From Squalus acanthias (taxonomy: Eukaryota): 64,000 nt of DNA. Shown here one piece after another: positions 48,856 to 61,889 of this stretch. The notes under the pieces are model-generated. The model made no database searches. It was given only the letters and a program-made list of their open reading frames with translations, and was not told the DNA's origin. Numbering within the stretch: the first letter of the stretch is position 1; each line of letters begins with the position of its first letter. The stretch lies in contig CM059431.1 in NCBI GenBank assembly GCA_030390025.1, forward strand, positions 107,076,001-107,140,000, written 5' to 3'. The translations under genes were made by a program, and so were the position numbers.

Positions 48856-49389
48856 TAGGTGCACATGTTCTCATACCCACACTCCAACAAGGCTGGCTTC
48901 CACTTCAGGGTACTCAGTAACAGGTTGGCGTTGGCTGGAAGTCTTTGACCCATCAATCATTTCCCTTTCAAACTACAAGTCCTTCTCAAAGTCTGGTTCT
49001 GAATCCTGCATACGGGCTGGAGGAAGCCTCTCCATTTCATGCCTAGGCATTCTGATCCACGAAGCCGAACTATCTGAACATAAAAGAAATGGATCTGTTC
49101 TTCTTGACACACATTTGGGTGTAGGGATCACTCTAATTCATTCATTTATTGCAGTTTTATCTTAACATTGAGCCATTAGCAGTATCCATGTGGTATTCCC
49201 ATCTACCACCCCTCAGTATAAATTTTGTGAACTCTGATGGCCTAGACCCATATTTCTGTAGGTCTTCAGAGCAATCTTGAGACCATTCAATAAAACAGTG
49301 CCACTTCTGTAAGCCCTCTAATCATTAATAGCAGTAGGAGAGCATTTGTTGTGTAGCACACGGTTTCCTCTGGAATCTAGTTGAAGCTA

Positions 49390-49440
<51 letters not shown>

Positions 49441-49441
49441 A
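49390..49441. repeat. Compound (TA)n(GA)n microsatellite
   Basis: Read directly from the sequence. Confidence 0.95.
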
Positions 49442-49524
49442 AATAGTCCTGCAAAAATTGCACCTTATGGGTATTAATTAATGTACTGACAACATTGTCT
49501 ATGACATTAATATTAATATAAATA

Positions 49525-50853
49525 ATCAAGGAAAAAATTAACGGGCACTCTGAGAGGTTTAAGCTAATTAAGGAGAGCCAACATGGATTAGTAAAAGGCA
49601 GATCGTGTTTGACTAATCTAATTGAATTTTTTGATGAAGTAACAGAGAGGATTGATGAAGGGAATGCAATGGATTTTGTCTACATGGATTTTCGGAAGGC
49701 ATTTAACAAAGTACCACATAGAACGCTGGTTAACAAAATTGAGGCTCATGGAATAAGTGGGTCAGTGACAGCTTGGATAAGGAATTGGCTTAAGGACAGA
49801 AAACAGTGAGTTGTGGTAAATGGCTGTTTTTCAGACTGGAGGATAGTAGACAGTGGTGTTCCCCAAGGGTCAGTGCTGGGGCCACTCCTTTTTTTGATAT
49901 ATATAAATGACCTGGATATTGGAATACAGAGTAGAATTTCTAAATTTGCCGATGACACCAAACTTGGGGATGTGGCAAACAGTGAGGATGATACCAATTG
50001 ACTGCAGCAGGACATAGAAAGGCTAGCAGAATGGGCAGACAAGTGGCAGATGGAATTTAATACAGAGAAGTGTGAGGTGATGCATTTTGACAGAAGGAAC
50101 ATGGAGAGGCAATATACACTTAATGGCACAGTTTTAAAGAGTGTGCAGGGACAGAGGGACCTGGGAGTTAATGTGCATAGGTCCCTGAAGGTGGCAGGAC
50201 ATATTGAGAGGGTGGGTAACAAAGCATATGGGATCTTGGGCTTCATAAATAGAGGTATTGAGTACAAAAGTAGAGAAGTTATGCTGAAACTTTATAAAGC
50301 GCTGGTTAGGCAACAACTGGAGTATTGCGTTCAGTTCTGGTCACCACACTTTAGGAAGGATGTGAAGGCCCTTGAGAGAGTACAGAGGAGATTTAGCAGA
50401 ATGGTTCTGGGGATGGGGGATCTTAGCTACAAGGACAGGTTGGAGAAGCTGGATTTGTTTTCATTAGAGCAAAGGAGGTTGAGGGGTGATTTGATAGAGG
50501 TGTACAAGATTATGACGGTTTTGGATAGGCTAGATGGGGAAAGGCTGTTCCCAATAGTTGATGGTACAAGGACTAGGGGACACAGATTTAAGGTTTTGGG
50601 CAAGAGATACAGGGGGGATGTGAGCAAAAGCTTTTTTACGCAGCGAGTGGTGATGATCTGGAATTCGCTGCCAACGGAAGTGGTGGAAGCGGAAACACTC
50701 AATGTTTTCAAGGGGAGACTGGATAGGCACTTGAGGGAAATAAACTTGCAGGGCTATGGGGATAGAGCAGGGGAATGGGACTGACTGGATTGCTCTACAG
50801 AGAGCTGGACTCAATGGGCCAAATGGTCACCTTCTGTGCTGTTATGACTCTAT
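49525..50853 (+). mobile_element. CR1 3' half including RT
   Basis: [49 protein letters not shown]; (tatgactc)n tail. Confidence 0.95.
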
Positions 50854-51127
50854 GGGGGAAAAATTTGGTTGATTTGCACCTCCCGTTAGCGCCCTAACAG
50901 GGCACTAATGGGGTGCAAAGCATCTAGCGCCCGGGCGCGGCAATGCTAACGCCTCCCGCAAAATTCAGCAGGAGGTTAGTGGCGGCGATAACCATTAGCA
51001 CCCCATGCCGCTGCGCCTCCAGTGATGGCGTCATCACCGTGTGCAGCGCCCCACTCGCACCCCGGCCGTGATCTTCGGTAGTGCCCCCTGACTTACCGCC
51101 GGACGATATGTCCGACAGGGTCAAGGG
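50854..51127. mobile_element. Truncated GGCGC-rich MITE (inverted right half)
   Basis: TAT|gggggaaaaatttggtt is the reverse complement of the end of the 9291-10157 element. Confidence 0.75.
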
Positions 51128-51135
51128 GACTCTAT

Positions 51136-51380
51136 GGGGGCAAAATTGGCTCGCGCCCCCTTTGGGGCACTAACTTCGCCAGGGTGCTACTTTTAGCGCC
51201 CCGAAATAAATTAGCGCCCCGTGCCCAAAATTCACTGGTAGCGGCCCAAGAGGGAGGCGGGGCGCTATTGGAAGCACCCCGCCTCCATCTTGGGGCGTTG
51301 CGAGTGAATATCGCGGTGTTACCTGCCACAGCGCCACGGAGGTGCTAACGGGAGGTGCTAACCAACCAAATTTTTCTACC
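51136..51380. mobile_element. Short GGCGC-rich MITE
   Basis: TAT|gggggcaaaattgg...ccaaatttttctacc|TAT. Confidence 0.78.
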
Positions 51381-51939
51381 TATGACTCGGCGTACTGCCT
51401 GGAACATCATTGCATAGTCGGAGATTAATTGCCAATCATTTCTTAATGCAATAGGACTTAGTATCAACTTTGAGGCAGAATCTGTCTTTGTACCTACATG
51501 TCTCTAGTCATTAAAACATATAATTGTCTTGTGTGACTGGTTGGTGCAGTAAGTTAGAACTCTATCTCTTCAACTTCTCACCACTGTAGGCATCTTAAGT
51601 CAATTGTGTTTAAAGAGTCTCAAGCTAGTTTCAAGTGTTTGCAAATCCATAATTGAAATTGCACACTTTGGATAAACTGACAATCTCACTCAAAGACTAC
51701 AGCCTAAAGGCTGGTATGGAAAAAGGAAAAGTTGATACTGGTTTAGTAAGTCTGGAGTTATATTGTACTCAGTATTAACTCAAACCATTGCGACATCCTG
51801 TAGAGCTTATCAATAGTTTTCTGAGTTATAATGCCTTTGTATTGATGCACACCCAAAATCGCTTCACATCAACACAATTGTGGCAGTATAATTTCACCCT
51901 AAGAGGTGCTTCCTTGAGGTGGGATAAAGGCACACTATT

Positions 51940-52262
51940 AAGAAAGAAAGAAAGACTTGCATTTCTATAGTGCCTTTCACGACCACCGGACGTCCTAAAG
52001 CACTTTACAGCCAATAAAGTACCTTTTGAAGTGTAGTCGCTGTTGTAATGTAGGAAACTCGGCAGCCAATTTGTGCACAGCAAGCTCCCACAAACAGAAA
52101 TGTGATAATGACCAGATAATCTGTTTTTGTCATGTTGGTTGAGGGATAAATATTGGCCCAGGACACCGGGGAGAACTCCCCTGCTTTTCTTCGAAATAGT
52201 GCCATGAAATCTTTTACGCTAACCTGAGACGGGGCCTCGGTTTAACGTCTCGTCGAAAGACG
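51940..52262 (-). mobile_element. Deu-SINE, 5'-truncated
   Basis: Colinear with 29470-29785. Confidence 0.9.
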
Positions 52263-52639
52263 GGTAGAGAATTAGTGTAGAGAAGCAACAGCTTTGGTTT
52301 ATGTCTGGCCTATGGAGGAGGTCCTTCGGGTCTTCAAAAGTTGATTCTCTAAGGTCAAACTTTGAGTCCGTTGCTAAGTTTAGTATGAGTTGAGGACAGT
52401 GGAATAAAACAAAAAGCATTTACTGAGACACACAACACAGATTATCAATCAGGATAGCAGGTCACATTCTAAGCTGAAACCAAATTCTATGATATACCTA
52501 ATTAGGCCGCACAGTGGAGCAAAGCAACAGGAATCAAATCAATACTCCTATTTAAAACACACTAGCATTTTAACTTACTGACAGGTATCCTACTTAGTTA
52601 CAGCAGCTGCACAACACTGAAACTGCTATCATACATATT

Positions 52640-53403
52640 GGCCCGAAAATTAAACCTAATACGCGAGAGTACGCACTGTGTACTCTCGCATATTAGATCC
52701 CGAATTGCCGGTTTCCTGCATGCACTGTGCATGCGCGGGAAACCGGCACTTCGTGAATTGCAAAGGGGGCGGTTCCTAAGTGAACCGCGTGCGTGCTACA
52801 GGTTGTGCGCACGCAGTGCACTTAGTTTTGTTTTCAGCTTTGAACGCGCAGGTAAGTGGTGAAGATTTTACACATAAAGAAAGCAGGCGTAGGACCCCCT
52901 TTTAACAAGGTAAGTAGTTAATTAAGTGTTATTTTAAATTTTTTTCAGCAGGTTTATCTTTTTTAGAGACTTTAAAGAAAGGTAAGTTTATTTTTATAAC
53001 TTTTAAAAAGATTTTACATTTTTTCAAAAATTTAATTTTTTGTTTAAAGTGGTTAATTTATTTAACTATACTTATTTTATTAATGTGATGGCTTTCTTTT
53101 AAATTTAATTGAGGTTTAGCTGTTCTTTTGGGGGTTTGTAGTATTCATAGCTTTGACAGCTCTTGCTGTCAAAACTATGAATGAAAGATGGTGTGCTGCC
53201 ATTGGCTCTAACTGAATCACGTGATCCCAGAGCTCGCACGAACTAATTGCGCCTCTGGGACACGCACACACTGCGCGATTGCAACAAGAAGAGGCTCTGA
53301 AACTAAAGTTCGTGTGGGCCCCAAACAAAAAGGTAGGCGCGGAGTGCTATATCGCGGGGAATCCTTACCCCCGCAGGAACCATCCATGTTTAATTTCTGG
53401 GCC
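52640..53403. mobile_element. Harbinger-type MITE, copy 2 (764 bp)
   Basis: ATT|ggcccgaaaatta...taatttctgggcc|ATT; colinear with 12202-12944. Confidence 0.88.
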
Positions 53404-53684
53404 ATTGTCAAACAATTACATTTTTGCAACAGCTGGATTCAGAGCCAAGACAGACCAAGCAGCTCATATCTGGCGCTAGAGATTATTCAACTACAGTCCA
53501 ATTATCCAGTGTGGCTGCCATACAAGTTCCAAATACAGTCCTGTAAAGAAGCCCTTCTCCCAACATCCTTTCTCCCAGATTCTATCAGTGTGACAATCCA
53601 ATTCCTGAGAATTGGGGTGGCATCAGGAAGCTGTCAGCTCATGGCTCTTATCTCATACAGTTACCAACAATGGATCACTAATTA

Positions 53685-53760
53685 AAACAGAAAATGCTTG
53701 AAATACACAGCAAGCCTGTCAACATTTGAAAAGAGGAAAAATTGATTATTGTTTCAGGTA
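53685..53760 (+). mobile_element. Decayed Penelope-type terminal fragment
   Basis: aaaacagaaaatgcttgaaatacacagcaag..gtttcagg; similar pieces at about 22360-22442 and 35290-35330. Confidence 0.4.
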
Positions 53761-54517
53761 ATGTAGGCTGCAGGGCATCTTATTTGTTTAGGTGTCTGAC
53801 TTAATAGCCTACTAAACATGTTATTCCTTGCTATTTAATGGACCACTTGATATCTTGCTCCGTATATTTCATATGAAACAGGGCTATTACAAGCATAGCA
53901 GTCTCCTCAGAGAGACCTATGTGTCCCTTTTCTTAAGGCATTACTCTGACTTTGAAGGTGTTGTCACTGAGAGCAATGTCTGGTTCACTTCCTAGCACTA
54001 CCATCCCTCTTTTCAATAAGTTCAAAAAAGTCATACATTAAAATATATTATAGTACTCTAAAGGAAGTGGTAGTTGTTCCATTGTAACCATTGGAGCTGG
54101 TTAAATCTTTTATTTTCTTTGTTGTGAAAGCGATTGAGCCTCATTAGCCCGGTTCAATAAGCTGCAATGAAATAACTGGTCTTCCCGGCCCTGATTATCT
54201 TTTCCACACTATAGACATTAAAAAAAGTCTCAAACAATTCTGCCAAAAAGTTTCAAGCACTGAATATCCAAAATCCTACTCCAAGACCGCCAGCACAATC
54301 TTTGACATGAATACAGTTATAACTTGTCCTCCACGCAGTACATTGGTTCTCACTCTGCCGCCAAAGTTGACTGTCTATGCGATCCATGAAGAGAGTTGCA
54401 CGCTGAGGATTCTGGGACAACCTTTAACATAACATAATTGGAATAGGTCCGCCTTGCACAGTTCAATATAATTTGACTCTTCAGCCTAAAGTCAAGAAAG
54501 GAGGCAGGAAACACAAA

Positions 54518-56311
54518 GGGGGGAATTTTTCGGGGGTTCAGCAGGCGCGTCCGATGGCGGGTCGCATGGGAAAATAGTTATTTTTTGACAGCAGGTTGGA
54601 ACCCCGCTGTCAACCCACCACCACGCGCCTTTCCCAGATGTCGGGGCTGTCAGCGCTGAACAGACCAGACACGCAGCGGCGGGGGAGGCAATTCAGGTCA
54701 TTATGACCTTGTTAACAGCCCATTAAGAAGTATTGTGAGCTCACCTTTACATTTTATGAGGTCGCCCATGGGGTCTACGCTGCTCGGGGATCACGTCAGG
54801 TAAGCAGGTCAGGAGTTGAATGGCCATGGAATCTCCTCATTACTTGACAGCTGCAAATGTGCTATTAAAGCTCCCATCTCACATCTGTTCACTTTCCAAG
54901 CTCAGAGCTGTTGCTTACTGCATTTGGAAGACAGATTGAGCTTTATGCAGGTTGCAAGTGTTTGGAGTAAACTCTCCATCCAGTGTCACCTCATTAGAAC
55001 AACCTCTCTCACCATTGACAGATCACTTCTGTCATCTCAAGTTCACCTGCCATCTATTACATCAGCATCGGTGCCCTTGAAACTATCTCACCTTGGTCCT
55101 CAGAATCCTACCACGATCAGCCCAAACACCAGCAGCACCAGGCACACCAGCAGCACCAACAACAACACCAACCTTCTCTGCAATCAACTGATGCTGCACA
55201 AGACAGAATGCATCAGCACCCAAGCACATTGCTGCCTGGGAGGCCAGGGTTGGCAACACCATGGCCCATGTACTTCACTTGATGCTGTACACCCTGGCTG
55301 CTACATGATGCGCCAGGTTGGCACCACCCCACACTAACACCATAAAGCATCCCTACAATATCCAAGCCATTCCTTTCACACTCACCACCATTGCGGGGGG
55401 TACCGTTACGTCTCACCATTCGCTGCAACTCACTAAGCCACTTCCAAAATTTAAACACAGATCTGTCCAAGAACACAAAGTGTTGAAAATAAAGATTTCA
55501 ATGTTTGACAGCACGTTAACAGAAACTTCACATGAACATTGGCAAAAACACACAAGTGCCTACCCTTGTGTGTTGTTAGTTGGTATGATTGGACTAGGAT
55601 GAGTGTGAGTGTGAGGGGTGGCTAGTGAGATGGGGAAGTGGTAACGTAGATAGAGAGGGATGGGTGGAGGTGCAAGGTAAGTTGGTGTGAGTAAGGATGT
55701 GCAGGAGTAGGGTAGGGAAGGCAGAGTGATGGGGATGTGAAGAGGGGCACAGCAGGATGAGGTTGAGTGTGGCTTGGCAGTGACGTTCTGTGATCTACTG
55801 AGATCATTGGAAGGTTTGCGCCACTGCAGCCTGGTCCTCCTGACGACATCCTTATCCCTGCTTGTGTCCTCCTGTGCAATGTGCAACCAGGCTGCGTTGA
55901 TCCCCTGGGGAGGTCTCTTCCGCCCATTGGAAGGGAAGAGAACCTCCCTGCGTGCTGTGACTCCCTCCATAAGCATATGGAGGGAGTCATGGGAGAGCCT
56001 GGGTGCAGCCCTGCACCTCTGTGCAGTGCTTGTCAGTGTTTGCAGCACCTCAGTGCTGTAGAACACTGACAGCAGAACTGTCAAAATCAATTTGCGCATG
56101 GTCCCTTTAAGGAAACCGGCTGATGATGCTTCATCGAATGACGTCATCAGACCCACTTCCTTCAGTGGGCCAGGAAATGCGCTGGGCAGGCTTAACAAGC
56201 CCAATCAGGGGAAAATAACTTTCAACAGCGGGATGGAGCCAGCAGCGAGGTCAGGACCCGCCACCGATGTCGCCCGCCACGGACTCGCCGAGGTTGGTAA
56301 AAATCCAGCCC
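54518..56311. mobile_element. Internally deleted PIF/Harbinger transposon, copy 2
   Basis: AAA|ggggggaattttt...aaaatccagccc|AAA; Myb relic on minus at about 55785-56025. Confidence 0.9.
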
Positions 56312-57214
56312 AAAATAACTTCTTTGGAATCCCAATACTAAATGGCAAATTGATTAATAAGATATTAATGAAGAAGAATACGTGCCTATATGGACTGGGG
56401 AGGGGAATGGAGGTGAGAGGAAACTATGACATCATTTGTATTGGCGCAAGACAAAGCCAAGTACTAAAGTAATCATTGGCATAGTAAATATAAAAAAACA
56501 ACCTCTGATATGCAATCTTTGAATTCATCATTGCGTTAGATCTAGTATTCCATTCACTCGTCCATACAGAGAAATCAGTTGCTGTTTAAAAATCATATCT
56601 CCTAATCCTGACTACAGAACTAAATGTTTTCCTCTAAACTGTCGATAATGACAGGCGTACCAGCAGTGAGTGAGCAGACTGGTTATGCAGACTCGTACGT
56701 AGACACAATTATAATTCTAAAAACAACGTTAGCGAGCCAGCAATTTTACCAAACTCTGATGACCAGCCATAGTGGTGATAATGATTCCTCGGTGATTCAA
56801 CGTCATTTGAAGTCATTGAAAAACTTAGTGTTAAGAAAAAGGATGACTTGAGAGAAAGGGTGCAATGGAGGAACATTTGGAGATTTGGAAAGTGAGGGAT
56901 TTGAATAGTGCTGTGTGCTGCTCCACGCATTGCTGTACGAGAGGCAGATAAACTTACTAACATTGGCAAAGCCAATGATTTCTTTATTTAGCACTTTGGT
57001 GAAGTAAGAACATCTGTAATCTAGACTAGTTCTAGGTGAGTGTCTGTTTATATGTCTGTATGCCTAGAATCTATGCCAACGTTGAAAACCAGCCTGCTGC
57101 ATTTGCACTCTGGGGTCTCTGCATGATACAGTGGTATAATGTACAAAATGTCACACACACGTTGATCCTCCCTTCTAGCCTCTTCCGTATCTTCATCCTG
57201 TTCATAAATTCAAA

Positions 57215-57769
57215 CATAGAAATAAAGAAACATAGAAAAATAGGAGCAGGAGTAGGCCATTCGGCCCTTCGAGCCTGCTCTGCCATTCAATATGATCATG
57301 GCTGATCCTCTATCTCAATACCATATTCCCGCTCTCTCCCCATACCCCTTGATGCCTTTTGTGTCGATATCTATCTATCTCCTTCTTAAATATATTTAGT
57401 GACTTGGCCTCCACAGCTTCTGTGGTAGAGAATTCCACAGGTTCACCACCCTCTGAGTGAAGGGATTTCTCCTCATCTCAGTCCTAAATGTCCTATCCCG
57501 TATCCTGAGACTGTGACCCCTTGTTCTAGACCCCCCAGCCAGGGGTAACATCCTCCCTGCATCCAGTCTGTCTAGCCCTGTCAGAATTTTATACATTTCA
57601 ATGAGATTCCCCTCTCATTCTTCTAAACTCTAGTGAATACAGGCCTAGTCGACCCAATCTCTCCTCATATGACAGTCCTGCCATCCCAGGAATCAGCCTG
57701 GTGAACCTTCGCTGCACTCCCTCTATGGCAAATATATCCTTTCCTGGGAAGGAGACCAAAACTGCACAC
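57215..57769 (-). mobile_element. CR1 3' fragment
   Basis: YKILTGLDRLDAGRM..RTRGHSLRI..WNSLP; (aaacatag)n tail. Confidence 0.92.
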
Positions 57770-59299
57770 ATAAACAAATAAAGGTATTCTCAATGAGAAA
57801 TCCAGGTTTGGATTGCAAAGCAGTACTTTCACCAGAGTGGAGAAAAGTAGCAGCAAAAGTCTAGCCTCAACCCCCAAAGTACTAGAAACGTTGCTGTGAA
57901 GGCAATGGGACACCAACCTCCAGAAGCAGCACACAAAATGGCCTCCTCGGTGTGGATACCTTGTAGCTCTTACCATCACTGATATAGTGGTGGTAATTAT
58001 TTGGGGCAGGCTTTGGGGTGGAAATGACCCCATTTGCCTTATTTAAGTGTGCCAGGACAGCTTTGTTTTGAGCCTTTAAGGGAACTGAGGTTATATTTTG
58101 GAGAGGGAATTCAAGTGCAGTTTTTTGAGGTGGTAGCCTATAAGAACATATTATCCTCTCTTTACTGTCCCAAAATGGGTGGTAACTCCAAGGAGAATCC
58201 AGGCCCACAACTCTTCCAGCCACAGTCCAAAGAACTATTGATGTCACTTGCTATCTCTGACAGGCTATGGTTCTGGACATGTTTGAAAGAGGCCATATAT
58301 ACTGTATGACAACATCAGATGGCTATTCAAATTATTTTCAGTTTAATCTGCTATACTAGACTTTCTACTGCTACTAAATTTCTCAAGTCACATTTTATTC
58401 ATCCCGGTGCACCAGACAGAGAGCACTGACAAATAGCTTTAGTTTATGACGGAAGAGTTTAAAGCAAATTGGGGTTTTTAAGCACATCATGTCATCTCTA
58501 AATCCTGCTCAGTTCAAGCACAAGTTAGAGAACACAGTTAAAATGGCTGCCAAAGAAAGCAGTGGGATCATCATTAAGATTCTTCTTGGCCCTGCTTGAC
58601 TGGAGAAGAACTTTGACGGAAGAATTTGGCCGTTGTCCAATGCAGAGATTGATGGGCGGGGGGAAGAAACAAAAAAAAACAAAGGAATAATGGCACACAA
58701 AGGAATAACAAAGGGGCAAGATAATTATCAGAATCAAAGGAAGGAACTGTAAGACTTTTCTTTGTCTGTTATGTGTGGAACCTCCTCCTGTCCCAAACAT
58801 GACCTCCTGCATCCCAGAGTGTAGGATCTTAAAGATATATCTTTGATTTGACCCGATGGTTAGTAATAAGTCAAAGAGAAGTGAGATAATTATAGAACTG
58901 ATTTTATTTGTGCATATCAGCAGTTTACCAAAAAAGCATTTATACGACTTTGTCTGGGGAGCAGAGCTCAAAACCTTGGGGTGATCAGGTCCCTTAGTCT
59001 TGCGAGGTGGTCGATGTGTCATTCCTTTCCTTCTTCACCAGTGTATTTTCCTTCTCTCTCTCTATCGTCAATTCCACCCAATGTTCATACTCTTTATATC
59101 CCTTTGCATGTGTATACCATACACCTTAGTCAGAAGGTTATAGGCCAAAGCCCTTTTCATGTGTACAGCACAAGCCCGACTTCGGAGAACTTCTGGACAA
59201 TTGTCCTGTCCAATCTGCTCAAGTTGAGCTATCTGCCAGGTGTTTGTTCCACCACGGCCTTTAATCTGCTCACTCAGTTCCCCCTTCTGTGTACGCAGC

Positions 59300-59460
59300 T
59301 ATTATCACAGAAGGAGGCCATTCAGCCCATCGTGCCTGTGCCGGCTCTGTTTTCTCTTTTGAAAGTTATTATTGAATCTGCTTCCACCACCCTTTCAGGT
59401 AATGCATTCCAGATCAGAACAACTCGCTGCCTAAAAAAATGTCTCCTCATCTCGCCTCTG
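59300..59460 (-). mobile_element. CR1 3' remnant
   Basis: cacagaaggaggccattcagcccatcg..gcattccagatcagaacaactcgctg. Confidence 0.75.
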
Positions 59461-60494
59461 TCTGATCACCATCCGAGCTATTGTCTGATAGCCTCATTAC
59501 TGATTAAATCAGTCCCAGATTCCTTCAGTGAGGCATGGCTGGAGAGGAAACTCTCTGGCCTGGGATCTATTGAATGGCTGGTACTCCGGGTGAAAGCAGG
59601 TATACTGGCCTCCTGTCTGACCCAGGTACAAAACCTAGGGGCCCAGTCCTGGGTCCTGGCCTCGACCTTTAAAGACAGAAGGCTGTCACAATTTAAAAAT
59701 GGGCCCTCGCACTAGTGGACACCTGAGATCCACTGACCGGGAGGTCAATGCACTGATGAGGGTCAGCAGCAGAGGATGTTTGAGGCCAAGATGTTCAATA
59801 TATTATAGAGATTTAAGATTTCACTCCTTGTCTCAATTGCATCTAAATTACTTTGTGGTCGTATATGAATTGGGGTTGCAAAGTATATGTTATGGTCTTT
59901 CAAAGATTATTCGAATGTGATGTAGCTAAAATATATCCAAACCCAGAAAGGTTAAAAAGAAAATTGAAAATACTGTGTGGAACAAAGCACATCACATTTA
60001 AATAATAGATTTATTGAACGAGAACTATATAGTGTGGATGACAAACGTCAAGGAAATAATAATCAAACACTTCAAAATTCCTATTTCAGCCATTTGATCT
60101 GATGTACTATATATTGGTCCTGATAAATTTCTGTACAATAAAATCTGTGGATCTCGAATGTTCTCCAAAATGACTGATGCTTAAACTCCACATAATCAAT
60201 GGCATTTTTTGGCTCATTTAGTTATTTGTAAAATATTAGACTGCTGTCAGCGTAAAGATTTACAGCAGTGGCAATTCAGCAATAGGGGAACGGCTGTATC
60301 GCATTTCGCAACGTTCCTGGGGGAACGAAAAGAAAGTGCGAGTGTGACGGAAAATTGAGTGCTAAAACCGTTAAGAGGCTAGAAGGGATAATGAACTGCC
60401 CCACATTGCTGCAGGACTGCATCAGTGGTGTGATGTGTTCATCTCACCCAAATGGAACAGGTGTAAAGGGAGAGGTTGCACGGAGAAAGTTGGA

Positions 60495-60745
60495 GCATTC
60501 ACTTAAAGTTAAGCATATTGAAATTTTGTTTCCAGATATGGGCCATGACATTAAGTGCTCTGCTTGCACTGGGCACAGCAGAGGAGAACCAGCAAGACCA
60601 GAAAAGTCTATCAATGGTTACATGGCTGTGGGGGTGGGGGGGGAGGGTGGGTGATGGAAGAAGTGTTTCGTCATGACGCTCTGGCCATCATGAGGTGTTG
60701 GACAGGCTTGAAGGACCAGCTGGTCTTTTCCTGCCCGTCAATTTC
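60495..60745 (+). mobile_element. Decayed CR1-like 3' end
   Basis: ggacaggcttgaaggaccagctggtcttttcctgccc 3' UTR pattern. Confidence 0.45.
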
Positions 60746-60799
60746 GGATGTCAGGCAGCACATGTGCTGCACAATCAAATTTGGCCTCATAATTGCACA

Positions 60800-61065
60800 A
60801 TGACTGGTGATGTGCCAAAGAAGGCTGAGGTTTAGTAAGAAGACATTGGCAGAGTTGGGCAATCTACTTCTCAAAGACCTCGGTACAACGTGTAAATGAG
60901 AGAATTTGCATTGATGTAACATCTATAAAGTACTGTCAGTGGCTCGCCGAGTAATTGTGGCTCCCAGTTTTTATTCCAGGTGAGCACTGGGGACATCTGA
61001 AGTGTTTGCTCATTGGCCACCCGCAGGTGTTTCAAGGAGGTCACACATGCATTTCTCGGTTGGGC
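60800..61065 (+). pseudogene. Harbinger transposase N-terminal relic
   Basis: MCQRRLRFSKKTLAELGNLLLKDL..LSVARRVIVAPSFY../GDI..ATRRCFKEVTHAF. Confidence 0.65.
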
Positions 61066-61101
61066 CAGTTACTTTCACCACTGACCATTGCCAATGTGGT
61101 C

Positions 61102-61227
61102 ATGATGCGGAGATGCCAGTGTTGGACTGGGGTGGACAAAAATGAGAAGTCGCACAACACCAGGTTATAGTCCAACAGTTTTATTTGAAATTACGAGCTT
61201 TCGGAGCTCTGCTCCTTCTTCAGGTAC
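61102..61227 (-). mobile_element. Short Penelope-type terminal unit with hammerhead
   Basis: gcggagatgcc..ggactggggtggacaaaaatgagaagtcgcacaacaccagg..gctttcggagc..tcaggta; repeated at 61755-61881. Confidence 0.8.
61192..61226 (-). ncRNA. Minimal hammerhead ribozyme motif
   Basis: UAC-CUGAAGA-A-GGAGC-AGA-GCUCC-GAAA-GC-UC-GUA. Confidence 0.75.
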
Positions 61228-61758
61228 AGTGCAAGTTTTGTTGCACCTTCCCTTTGCTTCTGTCCAAGGTTGTCATATATGTGTAACAAGCTATTGTTAC
61301 TTAGCTCAAGGAGCCAGCTGTTTGAGGCTAACATCCTTCCACTCTTCATTTCTCTTCCAATAAGATGGCACAGATTCCTTAAAATTAAGGAATCATGAAA
61401 GTAACTGGCCCAACCGAGAAATGCCAATGTGTGAGGGGAACACAATTCTATAGAACTGATGGCTTTTCCAGATCCCAGAGGGTGATTGACTGCATCCGTG
61501 CTTCCATTTGGGCCGCTGGGTACAATACTATGCTCTATGTGCCACCTAAGGGAGTTTATTTTAGTGTGAGCATGATATGTGGGCAGCAGCACAGAATCAC
61601 GCAGGTCGATATCTGCTCCCACAGGAACTTTCATGATTCCTTAATTTTAAGGAATCTGTGTCATCTTATTGGAAGAGAAATGAAGAGTGGTAGGATGTTA
61701 GCCTCAAACAGCCAGGCTCCTTGAGCTAAGTAACAATAGCTTGTTACAACTATATGAC

Positions 61759-61889
61759 GCGGAGATGCCGGTACTGGACTGGGGTGGACAAAAATGAGAA
61801 GTCGCACAACACCAGGTTATAGTCCAACAGATTTATTTAAAATTACAAGCTTTCGGAGCTGTCGCCCCCTTCGTCAGGTAAAGGTACAC
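61759..61889 (-). mobile_element. Second Penelope-type terminal unit, inserted in the right arm
   Basis: Flanked by the direct repeat CTATATGAC (61750-61758, 61890-61898). Confidence 0.85.
61843..61881 (-). ncRNA. Minimal hammerhead ribozyme motif
   Basis: UUAC-CUGACGA-AG-GGGGC-GACA-GCUCC-GAAA-GC-UU-GUAA. Confidence 0.72.

Noticed and set aside
51530..51790. Possible decayed LF-SINE-like element
   Set aside because: Similarity too faint to support by eye.
56620..57010. Exon-like unique sequence ending gtaag
   Set aside because: No frame stays open and there is no clear acceptor.
58981..59715. 244-aa ORF
   Set aside because: GTG start, runs antisense through a CR1 remnant, no recognisable domain.
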